Shown here: one piece after another, positions 53,701 through 64,000 of the stretch
How positions within the stretch are numbered: the first letter of the stretch is position 1
How the letters are laid out: each line of letters opens with the position of its first letter
Assembly (NCBI GenBank): GCA_051362555.1
Contig: CM120644.1
Location: forward strand, 20,358,534-20,422,533
Direction of reading: 5' to 3'
Length of the DNA: 64,000 bases
Origin: Lingula anatina
Lineage: Eukaryota > Animalia > Brachiopoda
The notes under the pieces: generated by a model
Databases searched by the model: none
What the model was told of the DNA's origin: nothing
The model's input: the letters and a program-made list of their open reading frames with translations, nothing else
Made by a program: the position numbers and the translations under genes

Positions 53701-56700
53701 CCTGTTAGGACAATTTTTGACAATGTCCTAAATCTTGCAACATATCATGTATTGTTCACATGGATAACACATAGCACTGCTCTTGCTGCTGATTTGCACT
53801 GCCTGCCTTTTCGTGTTAAGGGTACTCTGGAAAAACAACAATGTAACTGATAAAACTGAAAATAACACTGAAAAGACTGGCAAATTACATGACTTGAAAT
53901 AGTTAAACGTGAATAATTTTGTCAAATCTAGTCTAATATTTCTGATATTTGTACAAATGATGCTTAACAACAATAAAAACCTGTGATACGCTGATCAAGT
54001 GACTGTATTAAATGAAAAGTGATTTTTAGGACAATATATTTGAGAAATCCGAAAATTACACTGAAAACAATTTCAAATTCCATCGTTAAAAATAGTTAAA
54101 CATTAATCAATTTGACACATCTTGTCCAATGTTTCTCAAATTTGTACAAATGATGCTTAACAACAATAAAAATCTGGGATAAGCTGATCAGTTGACTGTA
54201 TCTAATGAAGAGTGTTTTTTAGGACAATATACTTGAGAAAACTCAAAATTACACTGAAAAGACTGGGAAATCACAGGACTTAAAATAGTTAAACGTGAAT
54301 AATTTTGTCAAATATGGTTCAATATTTCTGAAATTTGTACAAATGATGCCTAACAACAATAAAAGTCTGTGATAAGATGACCAGTTGTCTGTGTCTTATG
54401 AAAAATATTTTTTTCAGACAATATATTTGAGAAATCTCAAAATTACACTAAAAACACTTTCAAATTCCATCGTTAAAAATAGTTAAACATTAATCATTTT
54501 AACAAGTCCTGTCCAATGTTTTTCAAATTTGTACAAATGATGCATAACAACAATAAAAACCTGGGATAAGCTGATCAGTTGACTGTATCTAATGAAAAGT
54601 GTTTTTTAGGACAATATACTTGAGAAAACTGAAAATTACACTGAAAAGACTGGGAAATCGCAGGACTTAAAATAGTTAAACGTGAATAATTTTGTCAAAT
54701 CTGGTTCAATATTTCTGAAATTTATACAAATGATGCCTAACAACAATAAAAGTCTGTGATAAGATGATCAGTTGTCTGTGTTTGTTTTAAGTGTCAAGTT
54801 TATTGGAAATTTATAATCAGAAAAATGTGACAATAAACTAAATCAAATATTTCAATATTGCAATATATATTTCACAGTAAAAGAAAACAGCAAATGTGAT
54901 GATTTGTGTTTGTTTGTGAAGGAAGTTGCAAATTACCTATAACTCTCATCTAGAAAACAATATATACTCATACAAGACTTCTCCTTACTACCAATGCCAG
55001 ATGCAGATGAAGCCTTACAATGGGTTTCTGGAATCCACCTGTTAGGACAATTTTTGACAATGTCCTAAATCTTGCAACATATCATGTATTGTTCACATGG
55101 ATAACACATAGCACTGCTCTTGCTGCTGATTTGCACTGCCTGCCTTTTCGTGTTAAGGGTACTCTGGAAAAACAACAATGTAACTGATAAAACTGAAAAT
55201 AACACTGAAAAGACTGGCAAATTACATGACTTGAAATAGTTAATTGTTAATAATTTTGTCAAATCTAGTCTAATATTTCTGATATTTGTACAAATGATGC
55301 TTAACAACAATAAAAACCTGTGATAAGCTGATCAAGTGACTGTATTAAATGAAAAGTGATTTTAAGGACAATATATTTGAGAAATCCGAAAATTACACTA
55401 AAAACAATTTCAAATTCCATCGTTAAAAATAGTTAAACATTAATCAATTTGACACATCTTGTCCAATGTTTCTCAAATTTGTACAAATGATGCTTTACAA
55501 CAATAAAAATTTGGGATAAGCTGATCAGTTGACTGTATCTAATGAAGAGTGTTTTTTAGGACAATATACTTGAGAAAACTCAAAATTACACTGAAAAGAC
55601 TGGGAAATCACAGGACTTAAAATAGTTAAACGTGAATAATTTTGTCAAATGATGCCTAACAACAATAAAAGTCTGTGATAAGATGATCAGTTGTCTGTGT
55701 TTGTTTTAAGTGTCAAGTTTATTGGAAATTCATAATCAGAAGAATGTGACTATAAACTAAATCAAATATTTCAATATTGCAATATATATTTCACAGTAAT
55801 AGAAAACAGCAAATGTGATGATTTGTGTTTGTTTGTGAAGGAAGTTGCAAATTACCTATAACTCTCATCTAGAAAACAATATATACTCATACAAGACTTC
55901 TTCTTACTTCTAATGCCAGATGCAGATGACGCCTTACAATGGGTTTCTGGAATCCGCCTGTTAGGACAATTTTTGACAATGTCCTAAATCTTGCAACATA
56001 TCATGTATTGTTCACATGGATAACACATAGCACTGCTCTTGCTGCTGATTTGCACTGCCTGCCTTTTCGTGTTAAGGGTACTCTGGAAAAACAACAATGT
56101 AACTGATAAAACTGAAAATAACACTGAAAAGACTGGCAAATTACATGACTTGAAATAGTTAAACGTGAATAATTTTGTCAAATCTAGTCTAATATTTCTG
56201 ATATTTGTACAAATGATGCTTAACAACAATAAAAACCTGGGATAAGCTGATCAGTTGACTGTATCTAATGAAAAGTGTTTTTTAGGACAATATACTTGAG
56301 AAAACTCAAAATTACACTGAAAAGACTGGGAAATCACAGGACTTAAAATAGTTAAACGTGAATAATTTTGTCAAATCTGGTTCAATATTTCTGAAATTTG
56401 TACAAATGATGCCAATCAACAATAAAAGTCTGTGATAAGATGACCAGTTGTCTGTGTCTTATGAAAAATATTTTTTTCAGACAATATATTTGAGAAATCC
56501 GAAAATTACACTAAAAACACTTTCAAATTCCATCGTTAAAAATAGTTAAACATTATTCATTTTAACAAGTCCTGTCCAATGTTTTTCAAATTTGTACAAA
56601 TGATGCTTTACAACAATAAAAATCTGGGATAAGCTGATCAGTTGACTGTATCTAATGAAGAGTGTTTTTTAGGACAATATACTTGAGAAAACTCAAAATT

Positions 56701-59700
56701 ACAATGAAAAGACTGGGAAATCGCAGGACTTAAAATAGTTAAACGTGAATAATTTTGTCAAATCTGGTTCAATATTTCTGAAATTTATACAAATGATGCC
56801 TAACAACAATAAAAGTCTGTGATAAGATGATCAGTTGTCTGTGTTTGTTTTAAGTGTCAAGTTTATTGGAAATTTATAATCAGAAGAATGTGACTATAAA
56901 CTAAATCAAATATTTCAATATTGCAATATATATTTCACAGTAAAAGAAAACAGCAAATGTGATGATTTGTGTTTGTTTGTGAAGGAAGTTGCAAATTACC
57001 TATAACTCTCATCTAGAAAACAATATATACTCATACAAGACTTCTCCTTACTACCAATGCCAGATGCAGATGACGCCTTACAATGGGTTTCTGGAATCCG
57101 CCTGTTAGGACAATTTTTGACAATGTCCTAAATCTTGCAACATATCATGTATTGTTCACATGGATGACACATAGCACTGCTCTTGCTGCTGATTTGCACT
57201 GCCTGCCTTTTCGTGTTAAGGGTACTCTGGAAAAACAACAATGTAACTGATAAAACTGAAAATAACACTGAAAAGACTGGCAAATTACATGACTTGAAAT
57301 AGTTAATTGCTAATAATTTTGTCAAATCTAGTCTAATATTTCTGATATTTGTACAAATGATGCTTAACAACAATAAAAACCTGTGATACGCTGATCAAGT
57401 GACTGTATTAAATGAAAAGTGATTTTTAGGACAATATATTTGAGAAATCCGAAAATTACACTGAAAACAATTTCAAATTCCATCGTTAAAAATAGTTAAA
57501 CATTAATCAATTTGACACTTCTTGTCCAATGTTTCTCAAATTTGTACAAATGATGCTTTACAACAATAAAAATCTGGGATAAGCTGATCAGTTGACTGTA
57601 TCTAATGAAGAGTGTTTTTTAGGACAATATACTTGAGAAAACTCAAAATTACACTGAAAAGACTGGGAAATCACAGGACTTAAAATAGTTAAACATGAAT
57701 AATTTTGTCAAATATGGTTCAATATTTCTGAAATTTGTACAAATGATGCCTAACAACAATAAAAGTCTGTGATAAGATGACCAGTTGTCTGTGTCTTATG
57801 AAAAATATTTTTTTCAGACAATATATTTGAGAAATCTCAAAATTACACTAAAAACACTTTCAAATTCCATCGTTAAAAATAGTTAAACATTAATCATTTT
57901 AACAAGTCCTGTCCAATGTTTTTCAAATTTGTACAAATGATGCATAACAACAATAAAAACCTGGGATAAGCTGATCAGTTGACTGTATCTAATGAAAAGT
58001 GTTTTTTAGGACAATATACTTGAGAAAACTGAAAATTACACTGAAAAGACTGGGAAATCGCAGGACTTAAAATAGTTAAACGTGAATAATTTTGTCAAAT
58101 CTGGTTCAATATTTCTGAAATTTATACAAATGATGCCTAACAACAATAAAAGTCTGTGATAAGATGATCAGTTGTCTGTGTTTGTTTTAAGTGTCAAGTT
58201 TATTGGAAATTTATAATCAGAAGAATGTGACAATAAACTAAATCAAATATTTCAATATTGCAATATATATTTCACAGTAAAAGAAAACAGCAAATGTGAT
58301 GATTTGTGTTTGTTTGTGAAGGAAGTTGCAAATTACCTATAACTCTCATCTAGAAAACAATATATACTCATACAAGACTTCTCCTTACTACCAATGCCAG
58401 ATGCAGATGACGCCTTACAATGGGTTTCTGGAATCCGCCTGTTAGGACAATTTTTGACAATGTCCTAAATCTTGCAACATATCATGTATTGTTCACATGG
58501 ATAACACATAGCACTGCTCTTGCTGCTGATTTGCACTGCCTGCCTTTTCGTGTTAAGGGTACTCTGGAAAAACAACAATGTAACTGATAAAACTGAAAAT
58601 AACACTGAAAAGACTGGCAAATTACATGACTTGAAATAGTTAATTGTTAATAATTTTGTCAAATCTAGTCTAATATTTCTGATATTTGTACAAATGATGC
58701 TTAACAACAATAAAAACCTGTGATTAGCTGATCAAGTGACTGTATTAAATGAAAAGTGATTTTTAGGACAATATATTTGAGAAATCCGAAAATTACACTG
58801 AAAACAATTTCAAATTCCATCGTTAAAAATAGTTAAACATTAATCAATTTGACACTTCTTGTCCAATGTTTCTCAAATTTGTACAAATGATGCTTTACAA
58901 CAATAAAAATCTGGGATAAGCTGATCAGTTGACTGTATCTAATGAAGAGTGTTTTTTAGGACAATATACTTGAGAAAACTCAAAATTACACTGAAAAGAC
59001 TGGGAAATCACAGGACTTAAAATAGTTAAACGTGAATAATTTTGTCAAATGATGCCTAACAACAATAAAAGTCTGTGATAAGATGATCAGTTGTCTGTGT
59101 TTGTATTAAGTGTCAAGTTTATTGGAAATTCATAATCAGAAGAATGTGACTATAAACTAAATCAAATATTTCAATATTGCAATATATATTTCACAGTAAA
59201 AGAAAACAGCAAATGTGATGATTTGTGTTTGTTTGTGAAGGAAGTTGCAAATTACCTATAACTCTCATCTAGAAAACAATATATACTCATACAAGACTTC
59301 TCCTTACTACCAATGCCAGATGCAGATGACGCCTTACAATGGGTTTCTGGAATCCGCCTGTTAGGACAATTTTTGACAATGTCCTAAATCTTGCAACATA
59401 TCATGTATTGTTCACATGGATAACACATAGCACTGCTCTTGCTGCTGATTTGCACTGCCTGCCTTTTTGTGTTAAGGGTACTCTGGAAAAACAACAATGT
59501 AACTGATAAAACTGAAAATTACACTGAAAAGACTGGCAAATTACATGACTTGAAATAGTTAATTGTTAATAATTTTGTCAAATCTAGTCTAATATTTCTG
59601 ATATTTGTACAAATGATGCTTAACAACAATAAAAACCTGTGATAAGCTGATCAAGTGACTGTATTAAATGAAAAGTGATTTTTAGGACAATATATTTGAG

Positions 59701-62700
59701 AAATCCGAAAATTACACTGAAAACAATTTCAAATTCCATCGTTAAAAATAGTTAAACATTAATCAATTTGACACTTCTTGTCCAATGTTTCTCAAATTTG
59801 TACAAATGATGCTTTACAACAATAAAAATCTGGGATAAGCTGATCAGTTGACTGTATCTAATGAAGAGTGTTTTTTAGGACAATATACTTGAGAAAACTC
59901 AAAATTACATGGAAAAGACTGGGAAATCACAGGACTTAAAATAGTTAAACGTGAATAATTTTGTCAAATGATGCCTAACAACAATAAAAGTCTGTGATAA
60001 GATGATCAGTTGTCTGTGTTTGTTTTAAGTGTCAAGTTTATTGGAAATTCATAATCAGAAGAATGTGACTATAAACTAAATCAAATATTTCAATATTGCA
60101 ATATATATTTCACAGTAATAGAAAACAGCAAATGTGATGATTTGTGTTTGTTTGTGAAGGAAGTTGCAAATTACCTATAACTCTCATCTAGAAAACAATA
60201 TATACTCATACAAGACTTCTCCTTACTACCAATGCCAGATGCAGATGACGCCTTACAATGGGTTTCTGGAATCCGCCTGTTAGGACAAATTTTGACAATG
60301 TCCTAAATCTTGCAACATATCATGTATTGTTCACATGGATAACACATAGCACTGCTCTTGCTGCTGATTTGCACTGCCTGCCTTTTCGTGTTAAGGGTAC
60401 TCTGGAAAAACAACAATGTAACTGATAAAACTGAAAATAACACTGAAAAGACTGGCAAATTACATGACTTGAAATAGTTAATTGCTAATAATTTTGTCAA
60501 ATCTAGTCTAATATTTCTGATATTTGTACAAATGATGCTTAACAACAATAAAAACCTGTTATACGCTGATCAAGTGACTGTATTAAATGAAAAGTGATTT
60601 TTAGGACAATATATTTGAGAAATCCGAAAATTACACTGAAAACAATTTCAAATTCCATCGTTAAAAATAGTTAAACATTAATCAATTTGACACATCTTGT
60701 CCAATGTTTCTCAAATTTGTACAAATGATGCTTTACAACAATAAAAATCTGGGATAAGCTGATCAGTTGACTGTATCTAATGAAGAGTGTTTTTTAGGAC
60801 AATATACTTGAGAAAACTCAAAATTACACTGAAAAGACTGGGAAATCACAGGACTTAAAATAGTTAAACGTGAATAATTTTGTCAAATATGGTTCAATAT
60901 TTCTGAAATTTGTACAAATGATGCCTAACAACAATAAAAGTCTGTGATAAGATGACCAGTTGTCTGTGTCTTATGAAAAATATTTTTTTCAGACAATATA
61001 TTTGAGAAATCTCAAAATTACACTAAAAACACTTTCAAATTCCATCGTTAAAAATAGTTAAACATTAATCATTTTAACAAGTCCTGTCCAATGTTTTTCA
61101 AATTTGTACAAATGATGCATAACAACAATAAAAACCTGGGATAAGCTGATCAGTTGACTGTATCTAATGAAAAGTGTTTTTTAGGACAATATACTTGAGA
61201 AAACTGAAAATTACACTGAAAAGACTGGGAAATCGCAGGACTTAAAATAGTTAAACGTGAATAATTTTGTCAAATCTGGTTCAATATTTCTGAAATTTAT
61301 ACAAATGATGCCTAACAACAATAAAAGTCTGTGATAAGATGATCAGTTGTCTGTGTTTGTTTTAAGTGTCAAGGTTATTGGAAATTTATAATCAGAAGAA
61401 TGTGACAATAAACTAAATCAAATATTTCAATATTGCAATATATATTTCACAGTAAAAGAAAACAGCAAATGTGATGATTTGTGTTTGTTTGTGAAGGAAG
61501 TTGCAAATTACCTATAACTCTCATCTAGAAAACAATATATACTCATACAAGACTTCTCCTTACTACCAATGCCAGATGCAGATGACGCCTTACAATGGGT
61601 TTCTGGAATCCGCCTGTTAGGACAATTTTTGACAATGTCCTAAATCTTGCAACATATCATGTATTGTTCACATGGATAACACATAGCACTGCTCTTGCTG
61701 CTGATTTGCACTGCCTGCCTTTTCGTGTTAAGGGTACTCTGGAAAAACAACAATGTAACTGATAAAACTGAAAATAACACTGAAAAGACTGGCAAATTAC
61801 ATGACTTGAAATAGTTAATTGTTAATAATTTTGTCAAATCTAGTCTAATATTTCTGATATTTGTACAAATGATGCTTAACAACAATAAAAACCTGTGATA
61901 AGCTGATCAAGTGACTGTATTAAATGAAAAGTGATTTTTAGGACAATATATTTGAGAAATCCGAAAATTACACTGAAAACAATTTCAAATTCCATCGTTA
62001 AAAATAGTTAAACATTAATCAATTTGACACTTCTTGTCCAATGTTTCTCAAATTTGTACAAATGATGCTTTACAACAATAAAAATCTGGGATAAGCTGAT
62101 CAGTTGACTGTATCTAATGAAGAGTGTTTTTTAGGACAATATACTTGAGAAAACTCAAAATTACACTGAAAAGACTGGGAAATCACAGGACTTAAAATAG
62201 TTAAACGTGAATTATTTTGTCAAATCTGGTTCAATATTTCTGAAATTTGTACAAATGATGGCCAACAACAATAAAAGTCTGTGATAAGATGACCAGTTGT
62301 CTGTGTCTTATGAAAAATATTTTTTTCAGACAATATATTTGAGAAATCCGAAAATTACACTAGAAACACTTTCAAATTCCATCGTTAAAAATAGTTAAAC
62401 ATTAATCATTTTAACAAGTCCTGTCCAATGTTTTTCAAATTTGTACAAATGATGCATAACAACAATAAAAACCTGGGATAAGCTGATCAGTTGACTGTAT
62501 CTAATGAAAAGTGTTTTTTAGGACAATATACTTGAGAAAACTGAAAATTACACTGAAAAGACTGGGAAATCGCAGGACTTAAAATAGTTAAACGTGAATA
62601 ATTTTGTCAAATATGGTTCAATATTTCTGAAATTTATACAAATGATGCCTAACAACAATAAAAGTCTGTGATAAGATGACAAGTTGTCTGTGTCTTATGA

Positions 62701-64000
62701 AAAATATTTTTTTCAGACAATATATTTGAGAAATCTGAAAATTACACTAAAAACACTTTCAAATTCCATCGTTAAAAATAGTTAAACATTAATCATTTTA
62801 ACAAGTCCTGTCCAATGTTTTTCAAATTTGTACAAATGATGCATAACAACAATAAAAACCTGGGATAAGCTGATCAGTTGACTGTATCTAATGAAAAGTG
62901 TTTTTTAGGACAATATACTTGAGAAAACTGAAAATTACACTGAAAAGACTGGGAAATCGCAGGACTTAAAATAGTTAAACGTGAATAATTTTGTCAAATC
63001 TGGTTCAATATTTCTGAAATTTATACAAATGATGCCTAACAACAATAAAAGTCTGTGATAAGATGATCAGGTGTCTGTGTTTGTTTTAAGTGTCAAGTTT
63101 ATTGGAAATTTATAATCAGAAGAATGTGACAATAAACTAAATCAAATATTTCAATATTGCAATATATATTTCACAGTAAAAGAAAACAGCAAATGTGATG
63201 ATTTGTGTTTGTTTGTGAAGGAAGTTGCAAATTACCTATAACTCTCATCTAGAAAACAATATATACTCATACAAGACTTCTCCTTACTACCAATGCCAGA
63301 TGCAGATGACGCCTTACAATGGGTTTCTGGAATCCGCCTGTTAGGACAATTTTTGACAATGTCCTAAATCTTGCAACATATCATGTATTGTTCACATGGA
63401 TAACACATAGCACTGCTCTTGCTGCTGATTTGCACTGCCTGCCTTTTCGTGTTAAGGGTACTCTGGAAAAACAACAATGTAACTGATAAAACTGAAAATA
63501 ACACTGAAAAGACTGGCAAATTACATGACTTGAAATAGTTAATTGTTAATAATTTTGTCAAATCTAGTCTAATATTTCTGATATTTGTACAAATGATGCT
63601 TAACAACAATAAAAACCTGTGATAAGATGATCAGTTGTCTGTGTCTTATGAAAAAATATTTTTTTCAGACAATATATTTGAGAAATCCAAAAATTACACT
63701 AAAAACAATTTCAAATTCCATCATTAAAAATAGTTAAACATTAATCAATTTGACACATCTTGTCCAATGTTTCTCAAATTTGTACAAATGATGCTTTACA
63801 ACAATAAAAATCTGTGATAAGCTGATCAAGTGACTGTATTAAATGAAAAGTGATTTTTAGGACAATATATTTGAGAAATCCGAAAATTACACTGAAAACA
63901 ATTTCAAATTCCATCGTTAAAAATAGTTAAACATTAATCAATTTGACACATCTTGTCCAATGTTTCTCAAATTTGTACAAATGATGCTTTACAACAATAA

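Larger units (their letters stand above)
22215..64000. repeat. Composite macrosatellite: 33 units of ~406-bp unique block + n x ~193-bp monomers; runs off the right edge
   Basis: Spacing of the recurring block (from the ORF track): 1722,1335,1305,919,1305,919,919,1338,919,919,1338,919,1338,919,1337,1337,919,919,[1337+3923 insert],919,1337,919,1144,919,1337,919,1144,1337,919,919,1337,1724. Monomer period 193 (TGTACAAATG at 24548 and 24741). Confidence 0.97.

Noticed and set aside
22604-63609. ~32 repeated 69-81 aa minus-strand ORFs (MLLSIICTNIRN...CCKI) as a tandem gene family
   Set aside because: They start at a non-ATG codon inside the 193-bp satellite monomer and run across the putative splice acceptor; some copies carry internal stops. 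They are artefacts of the repeat.
22215-64000. CRISPR-like repeat/spacer organisation
   Set aside because: The intervening blocks are near-identical rather than unique, lengths are far too large, the context is eukaryotic, and there are no cas genes.

Overview
AT-rich eukaryotic (invertebrate animal-like) genomic DNA with no intact protein-coding gene recognisable. 1-15.8 kb is a patchwork of non-autonomous DNA transposons: a 3.9-kb TIR element with an internal foldback palindrome, several small MITEs, tRNA-derived Pol III heads, microsatellites, and one candidate minus-strand first exon. From ~15.8 kb to the window end lies a composite macrosatellite. Each unit is a ~406-bp unique block plus a variable number of ~193-bp monomers (unit lengths 919/1144/1305/1335-1338/1722-1724 bp; 33 homogenised copies plus one diverged copy). 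On the minus strand the unique block has the anatomy of a gene 3' end: AG-227-nt exon-GT, 62-nt intron, short terminal exon with AATAAA. It appears non-coding. The array is interrupted twice. The first interruption is a degenerate 5.2-kb Kolobok-type transposon (TTAA TSD, 17032-22214) that itself carries two LINE fragments. The second is a 3.9-kb Helentron/HINE-type element (43861-47783) whose ~19 x 146-bp central repeats each carry consensus nuclear-receptor elements. All counts and coordinates were made by eye and should be verified computationally.
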